NCBI GenBank assembly: GCA_963693365.1
Contig: CAVNZM010000002.1
Span: 12,580,328-12,644,327, forward strand
Direction of reading: 5' to 3'
Length of the DNA: 64,000 nucleotides
Origin: Amoebidium appalachense
Lineage: Eukaryota > Protista > Ichthyosporea
The notes below the pieces were generated by a model, which saw only the letters and a list, made by a program, of their open reading frames with translations, did not search any database and was not told where the DNA came from. A program made the position numbers and the translations under genes. This document shows positions 44,009 through 64,000 of the stretch, piece after piece; position 1 is the first letter of the stretch; every line of letters begins with the position of its first letter.

Positions 44009-45978
44009 AGGGGAGGGAGGGATGCGGGGAGGCCGGGGGACACGTATTGAATGATTTCTGTCGTTGGCGAGTCTCCTGCGCATGCCCCCCCCCCCCCCCC
44101 CCCCTCCCCCCCCACGGCCATCTTGATGCTGTTTAAGATGACCGTGCCCCCCCCCCCCCTCCCCCCCCCCCCCCCCCCCCCTTGGGCCCCTACTATCTTT
44201 CTCTTGAAAGATAGCTAGGCCTCTCCTTCGAAGTCATGTTTGCCGGATGAGCAGATCTAGAGTGCAGCACTGCGTATACGCTGTCGTCGCGGTAGAGCCA
44301 TACACAAAACGGGATAGCTAGTAGCTATCTCAAGATGATTTATTGTTAATATGACAATGACGCGTGTCTACACTTGGCCGTTTCGATTTCAATCAATGGC
44401 CATCATGGCCAGTGCTGTCTGTACTGTGTGTCACATGTACAGGCCGTACATGTTTGTGTGTGTCACCCTGTCGGTGCGCGCGCGTGCGCACATGTGCATA
44501 TGCCATGCATCGGGGCATCCACCAAAAGACAACAGACGTCCAATGTCCAAGGCCTTTCTAATCACCGAGCTAAGGGCTCTAGGCAGCTACAAAAAAGATA
44601 GCCTATGTTCACCCTGTGTGATCACACATACGCGGCATACCTTTCGCGTTTGCCTGGAATACACTCAAAGAGCGCACGCTCGCGCACGTCGTACATGCCC
44701 GACCATACGGTGGGGGGAAAGGCGGAATTTCGAATCATCTGCTACATATAGGTTTAAGCAAAAACGTTCATTATGAGTGGCTTTGGGTGTTGAAGCATGT
44801 GCAGAACAAAAACATAGCGTGTACACACCGAGCAGGCTCTGAAATTAGGGGGCTTAGGGCCAGAAAATTGGAAATGCCCCTGAAAGTCCGAAAATTGTCC
44901 CTAACTTTTCAAGGTTAGGTCCATCGATTTCTGAAAAATTGGCCCTAACAGAACCAAACATATTAGAAAAGTGGCACCTAAAAACGGTTGTTGGCTCTAC
45001 TAGGGCCATCCAGGCTGGTGGAGAGCTGCCAAAATGGCACTAGCCAAAAACAAATGTCACACCCAGACACCGAGTACACACACACATAGATTTAGATCTG
45101 ATCTGATCACTCGAGCTTGCTTGCATTCCAACGAAATACCTCACATTCTGTGTAGGTAGCACGCTGGAGCCAGAGCCACGACCCCTCCCCACCGCCCACC
45201 CTCCCCCTCTCACCCCACCCCCTCCTTCCCCTTCCCTTTCCTTTCCTGTTCAAACTACCTTGTAGCGTAAGCCTGTCTCTCTTCCTTTTTCTTTGCCAGG
45301 AACAACTCATCTTTCAAAGGCGTCGGTATTTTGTAGATGTGATCACATAGTACGTACGGAAGGGGACGCACCACAACAATGCCATGCATCCGGAAGGAAT
45401 TCTGCTTGGGAAGCGCTGTTGTCGTATGAATGAGCAGACTTACTATTTAGAAAAACTCGGAGAGCTATTGTTTGTTTTATTTGGTTTTCCTTCTTTTGTT
45501 TGTTTTTGAGTCTCGCATGAAAAACAGGGAAGGGGCGATGAAACGTCTCGTAAAAATAGCCGGCTCAGGCGGGCCTAGGGGTCCGGGATACTCGGAGGTC
45601 CAATCATAATCGATAACGTACGGACCAATCAATTTGCTACAAACCATCAGCCAATCAAATGTTCATCTTTGGCGTTATCTGCTTATATAAAATTGTATAT
45701 CTATCGCAGCTATAAATATACATGGGGGTTTACGCTGTTTACTCGAGGCAAAGAATATACATCATGCGCTTAGGAGATGTGACCTATGCTCACTGGACTA
45801 CGCACATCCAATTATCAACGCAAAGAAATGTAAAAAATAGATACACAAGAATTGTGAATTAGAAAATGCAAGCAGTGTCAAACCTGTTGAAACATTGAAA
45901 AATTTGAACACCTTGGAGCAGGAATGTATCAGGTGGTATGTTCTCCAATCATATCTTTTCCCTTGGAGACTAAATGTG

Positions 45979-46013
45979 ATTGGCTGGTTGGATCATACAA
46001 CATGTATATAAAA
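45979..46013 (+). promoter_or_regulatory. CCAAT (reverse) + TATA core promoter candidate for the lectin-like gene
   Basis: ATTGG at 45979-83 and TATATAAAA at 46005-13, ~300 bp before the ATG. Further CCAAT motifs near 45600-45655. Confidence 0.45.
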
Positions 46014-46311
46014 TAGCATAGCCGCCCAGTCGTCATCACTCCACCTCGACTCATTCCACTTTCCTCTCTTGGTCATGTTTGCTTTGAGCTAAACAAGCCA
46101 ACATTACTCGAGCTCGCAAGGTTCGGAGCATATCCTTTGAGAGTACTACAACTGAATTGAATTTGTTCCACGTCTACAACAGTCTGCAATTAAATTATTA
46201 TCATCTAGTGTTACATCTAATATACGGTGCCCACGGCGCCTTAGCACTGCTCCTTTTGCCGACGAATTCTTTTTCTATTTAAGTTACCAAGAGTCAAAGC
46301 AACCAACCAAT

Positions 46312-47121
46312 ATGGCATCACTCAGACAAATCAGCCTTATGGCCCTATTGCCTTGTGCACTTTCCCTTCCAATCACCACACCAGACAACATCCTGCAAGG
46401 GGTCGCCAGCGCTACCGCCGGATCCGAAAGAAACATTTTTGTTGAAGCGAGCAACGGTGGCTCCCTGCCAAACTTCATCCCAGGCCCCCCAGTTCCACCC
46501 CCACCCACACGAGTGCAATCCGCAGTTAAGCCGGGCCCCAAGGATATTGACGGCCCACCCCCACCTTCCGGTCCTTTCACCGATGTTCAAGCACTCCGCG
46601 ATGCTTTTTCAGGTGCCCCATTCGCCGCGGCAATGCCAGCTGCCCCCGGAGGCAACCGCAATTTAATCAACGTAGACGCCTACACGGCACAGTACCCTCA
46701 GTCTATTTTCAGAGAGGGTGACTTTATTACGTCGTCTACAGGGCTTACGGGTGCGTGTGGGTATGCGCTTCGTATCCAACTAGACCAGAACGTAGTGATC
46801 GTGCACGAGGGAGGGGACAGTCATCCTGTGTGGTCTCTCAACACGGCAAACCAGTGGCCTGGAATCGACGTAAACACTCTGCAAATTCAGTTCAAACAGG
46901 GGCATCTCCGCCTAGTTTCAACCAAAAGCCCCAATAGAGTTCTGTGGGAATTAAAGGCGCCTGCAACTGGTGTTGCTGCTCTCATGGGACCCAACGGGAA
47001 TTTGGTGATTGTTGACGCCTCCGGAATGATTTTGTGGAACACCCGAGGTTTGAACACTGAAGTGTGTGTCGATGGGCTCCCGTTTTGGAGCGGGGCAGAG
47101 AAGGATAAATTGCAACAGTAG
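46312..47121 (+). CDS. Secreted Pro-rich protein with a C-terminal bulb-type (B) lectin-like domain, intronless CDS
   Basis: Signal-peptide-like N-terminus, Pro-rich linker, degenerate QxDxNxVxY-type repeats: LRIQLDQNVVIV..PVWSLNT and LMGPNGNLVIVDASGMILWNT. Confidence 0.75.
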   Translation: MASLRQISLMALLPCALSLPITTPDNILQGVASATAGSERNIFVEASNGGSLPNFIPGPPVPPPPTRVQSAVKPGPKDIDGPPPPSGPFTDVQALRDAFSGAPFAAAMPAAPGGNRNLINVDAYTAQYPQSIFREGDFITSSTGLTGACGYALRIQLDQNVVIVHEGGDSHPVWSLNTANQWPGIDVNTLQIQFKQGHLRLVSTKSPNRVLWELKAPATGVAALMGPNGNLVIVDASGMILWNTRGLNTEVCVDGLPFWSGAEKDKLQQ

Positions 47122-47570
47122 GAAAAGTCTGGAGTAAAATGAAGTATAAGTTATAGTAGTGCTGTATAAGTGTTACTAGTAATTATAGGTGTTAACGGAC
47201 AGTGTATAATAAGAAACCTGAGACGAGGGTCATGAAAGAATGTATGGTATTTTTGGCTATCCGTAACTTGATAGTGCCAGTTTTTTTTAACAGGCTGTTT
47301 ATATTTGTCTGTCTTAGTGGCTGGAAAAGGATACATTATATACGGTGGATAAATATTAGCCCCCCGTATCTGTCTATGTACAATTATCGAAGGTCCAAGA
47401 AATGTCATTAAACAGAAAACTGCCAGTGGCAGTGTGCATGTGAATGATTCAAAAACCAGCAAGATAAAGATGTAATAAATTAAACGAGTACGCAATCACT
47501 GCCATGTGTAACCCACAATTAACACTAGTTACATTTGTTTGGTCTTAAAACCCTCCCCCCCCCCCCCCCC

Positions 47571-47604
<34 letters not shown>

Positions 47605-47869
47605 CCGGGGGCATTTGCTGGCCCACTGAACTACTAAGTGCCAAATAATGGTAACCATGCATTTGAAAACTAAGTTGCAACTTCACTTGGAACAACGAAC
47701 ACACGCACACCACCACCGTCAAGTTGATCCACAAACACTAATGGTAGCATACGTCTGCTCCGTACCCCTTAAACACCCATTGTGCACGTGGCAAATAAGT
47801 ATTTACACACACACATACACAGACACACACGAAAACACACATACACACACACACACACACACAAACACA

Positions 47870-47910
<41 letters not shown>

Positions 47911-48383
47911 ACACACGTACACACACATATACACACACACACAGGCACACGCACGCACACACACACACACACACGTACACAAACACACACTGCCACAAAC
48001 ACACCATGGACGTAGCGTGATGATACACGTGGTAACAACGTCAACATATATAACTGAAAACCAAATTGCGTACACGAACAATATGTTTTTGTGTGCTACG
48101 CAACTTGTGATACAACAGATCGACCCTATTATCATATTTTTAGTGCCAGACTCTCTGCATATGCACAATCCAGCCATTACCGGACACACCCTGACAATCC
48201 CATCTCACATCAAGGCTTAAGCCTTATGTTTTTAGCATAGGGAGGTGTTGTGTGCACATTCAATTCGGGAGGGGGGGGAGGAGGGGGGGCAGGGGAGAGG
48301 GAGGGGGTTGGGGGGAGAGGAGGATATGCAGATATAACTGTGCATCGGCGGTGGTGTATCCGTGTGTTTGTGATCATCGATAC

Positions 48384-48418
<35 letters not shown>

Positions 48419-49169
48419 ATGGGGGGGGGGGGGGGGGTTGGAGGTGGGAGGGAAGGGGGAGGGGAAGGGGGAGGGGGATCCGGAATGATTGGTAGAGAGG
48501 AGGGGTGGGGGGGTGGGTTGGCAGGGGGCAGGGACGTGGGGATGAGCCGCAGAATTTATAATGTTGACAATAAGTGTGAGGGCCCCGGGAGGGGAGGAGG
48601 GGGGGGGGGGGGGGGGGGGGATATTTCAACGGTGAGCAAGGCACAGGGTACCGGTATACACGTATACACCGGCATGTATTGACCTACTTTATAATCATAC
48701 TATATTATTATGATTGTGCCGGGTTCGAAGAAGCATGTACGTGCTGCTAGGCGGGTGCTACAACTGTGGTGTATGTCAGGGAGGAAGTAAACACAAATCT
48801 TGGCTATGTATGTGTGCACGTCCCCACTAGCGAGGCTTGGGCAGAAACCCTCGACTAAGTGTGTACTACAGTAGTAGCTGTTAGGATTGGTAAGGGTGTG
48901 ATAGCTCAGCAGCTTTCTGTATTTTTAGCACACTAACTAGAGCACAGTCGGTGCATTAAGTTAGTGAAAAAAAGGTAGTTCCCATGAAAGGCCCTCCGGG
49001 AAAAATAGGTTTTTTAAAAAAAGTATGTGTGAATAAAGATAATGCAAGCTGCATGCGTGACACATGATTATCAATTTGTTAAACTCAAACGACCCCGCCC
49101 CCCCCCCCCCCCCCCCCCCCCGAGTCTATGTAGTAAAAAAGTTTAATCGAGGTAGGTCTATACGAAGGA

Positions 49170-49354
49170 AGCCCCTAGGTATAGGGAGATCGGACCATAA
49201 CCGGCTAAAAAAATACAATATTTGATAATAATTTACCAAAATAAAAACATAAACCCAATAACCATAACCCAATGTGTGTCTGGGCCCTAAATGGGGGGGC
49301 TGCCGCCCCCCCAACCCCCCGCTAGAGGGGGCCTGACGGCCCCTTTATGTCGCT
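49170..49354 (+). repeat. Dispersed ~190-bp repeat ending in GC-rich hairpins, copy 2
   Basis: Homologous to 13878-14065. Hairpins GGGGGG-CTGCCG-CCCCCC and AGGGGGCC-TGAC-GGCCCCTT. Confidence 0.7.
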
Positions 49355-49973
49355 TGGGGATCCAATCGTTCTCCCATGATTTTACGTCATCGGATCGTGT
49401 TTTGTCCAATCAGGTGCGAGGGGACTTCCGGCGTATGGACTTGTGAGTTTAATCAACTCCCCCCCCCCCCCCCCCCTCCCCCTGGCGCCACAGTTGTGCT
49501 CCATAATATGCCGTCACCTCTCCTCCCTGTTTTCGCTCCGCTTCCCTAAGTCAACCCCCTTTCCCCCCTCTCTTCCCACCCCCTCTTCCCTCTTCCCCCC
49601 CCCCCCCCTCCCCCCCCCCCCCTCCTTCCCCCCCCCCCTCCCCCCCCTCCTCCCCCCCCCCCCCCCCCCCCCCACGATAACAAGACTCTTTCCTTCGTTC
49701 CCATTGTGTACCAAGACCTGTCCGTGCAGAACATCTTCTTTGTTGTCAAACTTTCAAGACGATATACATCTGCCAGCTCTTCCCACCCTCGCCCCCTCCC
49801 CTCCCTCCAACCCCAATAACTTTGATATCTTTTGTGCTGTGTGTGTGTGTGTGTGTGCGTGCATCCGTGAGTGCGTGTGCATGTGTGTGCGTGAGTGCGT
49901 GTGTGTGTGGGTGTGTGCGTATGTGGTTGCGTGCGTGTGTCCGTTTGTGTTGTGTGTACGTGTGTGTGTGTTT

Positions 49974-50012
<39 letters not shown>

Positions 50013-50078
50013 CGTGGGTGCGTGCGTGTGTGCGTGTGTGCGTGCGTGTGTTTGTGGTGTGTGTGTCTGTGTGTCTGT

Positions 50079-50111
<33 letters not shown>

Positions 50112-50969
50112 GGCACATGTGTTTAATCACTTACTTTATAAAACTCTTCCAAACAATTCGGCTTATGCAACACTGTCCATTTCTGTTTGATTATGAATAA
50201 CGTAACATGCAGTGAAAGAGAGCATGATTGCTGTAGACTTTGTGAGCAAAATTTGTGGTGTGTACTATGAAATGCAACTGTATTCATCCTATGTGTACCA
50301 CTATGAAAGGGCATTGTGTTTGGGGTACCCGGGCCGGTGGTGTGCTACTGTGCATGTGGGTGTAGTTGTGCAACGCCTGTGTTCTCATCCTTTGTGGTAT
50401 GCTTGTCACACGTGTTCTGTACATATTCACTTCCAGCGACTATTTTCTCGTACATACCTTTGGTAGTGCAGCCACACGTCATATGTGCGAGCTGCAGGTG
50501 TGTGTTGTATCGTTTGTCTCGGCGCACATGCATACATGTTCAATTCTGGTGTGACTTTGGTGCCACTGTGTTTGTGCTGCCATGTGTTCTTGTCTGCGAT
50601 GCGGAATAATATACTTATAAAGGCGTATTTTATATTGTGTCCAACATGACTTGGTATTATTTTTGCTGTATCTGTTGGTGGCGGCCAGCGCATCACCAAA
50701 GTAACAGTTTTGAATTCACACTCTTTCTGTCGAAGGTGGGAATAGATTTTGAGGTAGATATGCAAATATATGATAAATGGTCGAGCTCGAGCTCTTCAAG
50801 CAGTAGTATTCTTTTGAATTCTATTTACACAGGACCTTATTGCTATTGCAGCTGTTCTGATCCAGTTGAAATTTCTGTCTCAGTAGCGGTTTTGACGTGC
50901 ATAACGATTTTGGAGGATAACTTATAAAAGTCACTACCTATTTACACTGTCAACTTAGTAAAAAGTTGT

Positions 50970-51731
50970 TTAACAGTCACTGAAGCCGCTGCCAGAGTTA
51001 TACTTCATGCTGATTCCGTACTTGGATGCCTGGCTGCACGCACTCGATCCAGCAGAGTACTCAACGCCAAACACAGCCTTGCCATGTGCCTTGAACGAGC
51101 TGTAGTAGTCGCACTCGCCAAAGCGCGTGCAGCTCTCGTTGATGGCAAAGTCGAAGCTGCCCTCGAGACTCTTCATGATCTCAAGTGCGTTCTTTAACCC
51201 AATAAGCATGCCCTTGCTGTGTGCCGTCTGTGCCAGCCAGCGTGCATACTCGATCTCGTCCTGTTTCAGTTCTGACTGCGATTTGTCGACGCAGTTGTTG
51301 AGGAAACAGTCCATGTTGTCTGCCTCGACACCGGCACATCCTTCAGAGCGCATCCTGTCCATTCTCTTCTCCATGATAGGTGCAAAGTCACGCCACCGGG
51401 TGATGTCGAGCCAAGACTCGCCGGTGTACTTGGACTTCTCGCTGGTGTAGGGCTTGAGTTCAGATGCGTCTGACCGCCAGTTCTCGGCTGTGCCTGCGCT
51501 CATGTAGCACACGACGGTAGAGCCGGAGTAGGAGCCGGGGTTGCCGTTGCTTTTGTCGAGGTCGATCATAACGGCATCTTTGCCGTGTGCGTCTGAGGTG
51601 GAGTCGATGTTCCCCCATGCAAGGTTGGCCCATGAGGCGCCTGTGTGCAACCCGGAGCTGCGGCGTGTGGTGGAGGCAGAATCTGCCACAAAAACACAGG
51701 CGAAAAGCGCGATAGTGGTGGTGATCATCAT
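50970..51731 (-). CDS. Secreted glycoside hydrolase family 114 (endo-alpha-1,4-polygalactosaminidase-like), ~253 aa, intronless CDS
   Basis: Signal-peptide-like MMITTTIALFACVFVADS. GH114 motifs VCYMSAGTAENWRSD, GESWLDI, GVEADNMD, AHSKGMLIGLKN, FDFAINESC..FGEC, GKAVFGVEY. The longer ORF-track start is upstream read-through. Confidence 0.9.
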   Translation of the reverse strand: MMITTTIALFACVFVADSASTTRRSSGLHTGASWANLAWGNIDSTSDAHGKDAVMIDLDKSNGNPGSYSGSTVVCYMSAGTAENWRSDASELKPYTSEKSKYTGESWLDITRWRDFAPIMEKRMDRMRSEGCAGVEADNMDCFLNNCVDKSQSELKQDEIEYARWLAQTAHSKGMLIGLKNALEIMKSLEGSFDFAINESCTRFGECDYYSSFKAHGKAVFGVEYSAGSSACSQASKYGISMKYNSGSGFSDC

Positions 51732-51927
51732 GTTGGCTGAAAAGAGAGAACTATAACTAAAGTCAAAGTGGTTTCGTGTGTTATTACCGGGTATATGACA
51801 ATATGATATCGAGATTTGCAAACTAGAGAGGAGAATGGGTGATTGGGATCCAAACGATGTATACTTGAAGACAAGGTACAGTTGATTACTGTCAACTGTA
51901 TTGTTGTTGTGCTGTTGAGGTGATGAA

Positions 51928-51991
51928 AACTGACACATAATGCGACTGATTATATAGTTGGAGGCCGTGTGAGATCGCGTGTGATGATTGG
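51928..51991 (-). promoter_or_regulatory. CCAAT-TATA-Inr core promoter candidate for GH114
   Basis: On the minus strand: CCAAT 51991-87, TATATAA 51956-50, TCAGTT 51933-28. A TTTTCAG acceptor-like site just before the ATG suggests a 5'-UTR intron. Confidence 0.5.
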
Positions 51992-52799
51992 CTGTCATCT
52001 CAGAAAGTATTTTTGTCACTGCCCGGGCTGCAAGCGAAAAGCCTTCTTGTGCTACGCTACTGTAATAGTGGCTGTGCCATTTGTAGTAATATCTAATGGT
52101 ATGTCACACTAGCACTCGCAAAAAGACAAAAAAAAAAGTAGAAAATAAAAAATAAACTGAGCTTGTTTATTCATGGTTGAAGTAAACGCAAAAAGAAATC
52201 GATGTCCCCCAGCGGTCATACTCATCACTGTATCCGAGTTCGCGGCCCTGCCCGGGCAAGCACGGGCGTCATACCAACCAATCACAAAGCAGATCGGTCC
52301 TCGTGTTTTCTCACAGTTTCAAGCAGATCTAAGTGCGAGAGACCAATCACAATCGTGAACACTGGGTAGCCAATCAGATTAATGATTTTTATCACACCGC
52401 AAGTCAGCTGCGGATGAATTTCGACTGAACTTGCTGCCCAGGGCTGCCTGCCAGTCGACAGCCAGAGCCCTGCCTGCCTGCAGCTATCTGATGTCTGAGC
52501 TCGCCCTGTCTGCAGCTGGTTATGTCGAGGAGTCGAAATACCTGCCTGGCTGTAGCCCGGGGACATAGTCTAGTCTTATGGAAATCTAGCCCGTCTTTAC
52601 CTCAGCAAACAGGCAATGGAACAACAAACACACGCAAGCACAGTGACGGCAGAACAAGCAGTGCAGCTGACGCACACAAACACACGGTTGATCACAATCA
52701 CATCTCACTGGGCCACACACCCGCACACGCACACACACACCGTGGCACACACGCACACACGCACACACACACACACACACACACGCATACACGCACACT

Positions 52800-52830
<31 letters not shown>

Positions 52831-53445
52831 CAAGCACACACACGTGTACACACAGTCACACACATGTACATGTACACAACCGCACACGCTGTGATCATGG
52901 CACACGCAACGTTAATATCATCATTAGAGCCCATCGTCAGACAGGTCCTCCACGAGGTTGCAGATGTGTGTGTGTGTGTGTGTGTATGTGTGACACTGTG
53001 TGTGCGTGTGTGTGTATGTGTGTGTGCACGTGAGCGTGTGTGGTTTTGTGTATGTGTGTGTGTGAATATGTGCTTGTGTGCCGGGAGGAACAGAGGTGTG
53101 TGTGTCGGGGGGAGCAAATAGGAAGGGGAAGGAAGGGGAGGGTTTTCATAAGAGTCAAAACTGTTTCAGTTAAGTCTTCAGCACATGACATATCCCAGCA
53201 CATGAATCATTGAGTTAGATCAGTTTTATTATCGTCAAAAGCCGCTGTCAGATTCTTGTGTATGCACCGCACACACATTCTGTTCTCAAACTGTGTAAGA
53301 CACCAACTGTACAACACCCAAAAGCCCTCTATCCTGCACACTCTACAACTTTATGCCTGCTTCCCAGGTCGTGTACTGCGGTCCAACCCCTCCCCTTCCC
53401 CCCCCCCCCCCCCCCCCCCCTTCCCCCTCCCCCCCCCCCCCCCCC

Positions 53446-53479
<34 letters not shown>

Positions 53480-53747
53480 ATGTGCAGAAAATTAAAAGAA
53501 AGGAAACAGATACACACAAAGACACAAAAACACGAAGGAAAACAACTCATCTTAATTCAACTAGCAAGCGGTCCCGTGAACCGTTGATGCATCCCCCCTC
53601 CCCCCCCCCCCCTCTCCCCCCCCTCCTTCACAAATTACGCCTCACCTATACACGCATCTCCCCCCCCCCCCCCCCCCCCCCCCTCCCCACCTCCCCCTTC
53701 TCCTCTCCTCCTCCCACCCCCTCCCCCCCGGCCCACACACACACACT

Positions 53748-61069
<7,322 letters not shown>

Positions 61070-61250
61070 TTTGACGCTGCCTGCCTGGACCAAAACAAAC
61101 AAAAAAAAAGGAAAAAAACAACGGGGGAAAAAAGGGGGGAGGGGGGAGGGGGTGTCAGCGAGGGGGAGGAGTATCGAAACTAGAGAGGGTGAATGGGAGA
61201 ATGGGAGAGGGAGAGAGGGAGAGAGGGGGGGGGGGGGGGGGGGGGGGGGG

Positions 61251-61550
61251 GTTTGAATGCGGAACACAGTACGAAGTACGCATACACGATGAGAAGCATG
61301 GTGCAGAACACATGCAAAGGCAAACATTCAAGTATGCAACATCAGCCATGCGCACAGTATGCGTCATAAGCAGAGCCCATCCTCAGGGAGGGCCCAAGTC
61401 ATCAATTGCGTCTGAGTTTCGACCCCTTAGCCCGCGTATATACGACGCTCCAACTCAGACAGCAGCATTAACTGGACTTGGGTGGGTCAACCCGTCTTGA
61501 TCAAAGACGAGCAGGGTTGCTTATGCAAGCAAGGTGAGCAAAACGGTGAA
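61251..61550 (-). ncRNA. Intronic structured RNA repeat, copy B; complete hammerhead-like core in permuted order (candidate ribozyme)
   Basis: Minus strand, upstream of the CAG acceptor before the CHTOP-like ATG exon (presumed 5'-UTR intron). GTCTGAG-TT|GGAG (putative cut 61452/61451), GGGTC-GAAA-CTCAGAC (GAAA 61420-17), CTCC-CTGAGGA (61386-80), GACCC (61488-84). Outer stems CATAAGCA/TGCTTATG, GCTCGTCTT/AAGACGGGT, CCCAAGTC/GACTTGGG. Confidence 0.65.
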
Positions 61551-61645
61551 GATGTGTGTGCAAACTAATGCAATGCAGTGAAAAACGCGTATGTGCTTAC
61601 AGATGCACGACACAGAGCAACCATGCCCGGTTGCATGGAAGTAAA

Positions 61646-61697
<52 letters not shown>

Positions 61698-61778
61698 GGA
61701 CTAAGGGGGAGAGAGGAAGGGCGGGGAGGGGATAGGGGGGGGGGGGGGGGGGGGAAGGAGGTGAGACAAGAGAGAGGC

Positions 61779-61864
<86 letters not shown>

Positions 61865-62694
61865 TGAGAGGGAGGTTGAGCGAGAGAGAGAGAGAGAGAA
61901 GGCAAGGGAGGACGGAGGGACGTAGGGAGGGAAGGAGGGAGGGAAAGCTGGAGAAAGCTTCTCTTCTATATCAGCACCTTATCCATAAGACTATCCATAA
62001 AACTAGCAGAAAACGAGGCTGTTTACCACTCAACATCTCTGCACCCGATCGGAGCCAGGTAAGGGAGAAAAAAAGGCAAAGTATATCGGTGTGTGGAAAG
62101 AACCAGAAACTTAAAAAGTTGTTTGGTGCGCAACAACCTCCCTAGCTCGTTAATTGCTGGTGCTGAACCCATGAAGAGAGGGATGGAGAAAAAGAAGAAT
62201 GAAACAGCGTTGAGCTGGAGCGTTTTCAAACAGCAGAGCAGGTAGAACACACATGTCTTCATAAGATGTGGATAAACTCGTGTTTGTAAGTGGTGTGGGG
62301 CGTGGGGTGGAAGGTTGTGGTGGTGGTGGGGGGGGGGGGGGGGGGGGGGAGGGGGGAGGGGGGGAGGGGGAGAGGGGGGAGGGGGGGGGGGGGGGCTGCA
62401 ACAGAGAAGAAGTGGTATGAAGAAACCCGAAAGGGAAGTTGTATAATGATATGAGGATGTGCAGGATTGTATATAGAAAAAGAGACAGACAGAAGTGACG
62501 GAGGGAAAGAGGGGGAGGAGGAGAGGGAGAGAGGGGGGGGGGGGGGAGGGGGGGGGGGGGGGGGGGGAGGGGGCGGTGCAACGCAAAGAAGAAATGTGTT
62601 ATGGTCACGGTAAGGAGAGTAATATGACTGTGTCGATTTACGCAGAGATGTTGGGTGAGGTTTAGCTGGAGAGATGGGGGGATCCAGGGAGGGA

Positions 62695-62727
<33 letters not shown>

Positions 62728-64000
62728 CTGAAGGAAGAGCGTTTTACGGGAGGGGACGTGTGTGTGTGTATGTGCGTGTGCGTGTGCGTGCGTGTGCGTG
62801 TGTCTGTGTGCGTGTACGTCTGCGTGTGTGTATGTGTGCGTGTGTGCGTGCGTGTGCGTCTTTGTGTGTGTGCGTGTGTGTCTGTGTGAGTGTGTGTGTG
62901 AGTGTCTGTTCCGCCTGTGTGTGTGTGCCTGAATGTGTTTGTGTAGGGGTAAGAGAGAGGGATCGAAGGAAAACAGGGGTGAAGGGCGTGGGTGGGGTTA
63001 TAATACCTTATATTTACCCTACAGCCGTTAACATGCACCTCCTCTCACACAAGCTGGTATCTGTCGAAACGAGTATCTTATGCAAATGTCATAAAAAGCT
63101 CTACGCCTTAGCTAAAACGAGGATTATAAGCTCTCGCTATACTACGTCTACGACACTGTTTTGCTAATTCTTATTGCGTTTTAGGTTAAAAAAAATGTGA
63201 TGTGTTCAAACCCGGGCCCAACTGTTGTGTTTTTCTTGCCGGGCTTCAAAGAGTGAGCGCGTGAACATGAGCCGGCGGAACATGTTGGTCCCGGCAACCA
63301 ACCCCCTAAACCGCTTTTGTTGGGGCCCCAATATTTTCCAAGATATTTTGACTGGATTTATTCGACGGAAAGATATGACAAGTATGCACGGCATACTGAG
63401 AAGACAATAAAAACTTCACGAGTTATCCAGTAACAAGTGCATACTGAGATACCTGAACACTGTGTGAAAATCATATAAATACTCAATGTGACGACCAACA
63501 GAATTCAACAAAAAGTCTAAAGTGTTCACATTGCCAGCTAGTGTAGCAGATACCCGGAGGGAAAGAGGTAAAACGCGACATAAAAATTCACACCTATCAA
63601 CATGCTTGCGATTAAAAAGGTCAGCACAAAAGTGGCACCAGCGGCGATGAAAACAAGAATTACAGCGCCACTGCACAACTTCCCAGGCAATATCAACATC
63701 AGAGCACCATACAGACTTATCTACTAGGGTGGTATCCAAGATATTTAAAAAAAAATAAAAAATTGCATATCTCTCATAATCTAATAATTCGGTCTAAATT
63801 ACTAATGTAATATGTTTGGCAAGTGTTTGTTGCTGCATAGTAAACTAATAGCGACAGTAGTAATATTCCCCTGTTCATATTTATACAGTATTTCAGGGCA
63901 TTAAAGCAAACAGGAGGAGAAAAAAAAACCCGTTCAGGTCATAAACGTAATAAACACTAAAAAAAAAGCATCATATGTGACTGGGGCTTAACAGCACACG

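Noticed and set aside
44833-45055. CAGG-starting segment with repeated GGCCCTAA-like motifs (hAT-like end)
   Set aside because: No matching inverted end or 8-bp TSD found in the window.
63416-63739. 107-aa minus-strand ORF
   Set aside because: No recognisable motif or splice support.

Overview
Intron-rich eukaryotic genomic DNA. Most introns are filled with poly-C/poly-G and (CA)n/(GT)n tracts, so almost all ORFs in the supplied track are artefacts. The organism is not identifiable; a unicellular opisthokont such as an ichthyosporean is only a guess. Genes assembled by hand: AP-3 beta subunit (5'-partial, +), TPR/beta-helix/MYND/DUF4470-like gene (+), SLC25 carrier (+), D-aminoacyl-tRNA deacylase (-), a secreted bulb-lectin-like protein (+), a secreted GH114 (-) and a CHTOP-like protein (-). 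Two features stand out. (1) A dispersed ~200-300 nt structured RNA lies in introns, always sense to the host gene (4 near-full copies plus fragments). Its helices covary, and its consensus holds all hammerhead core nucleotides in a non-standard, pseudoknotted order. (2) A 3.7-kb TIR-bounded ISL2EU/Harbinger-type transposon has an intact THAP-DDE transposase and a convergent EXO1/XPG-family nuclease ORF, with a TAA-flanked MITE beside it. All assignments come from reading motifs by eye; no searches were run.
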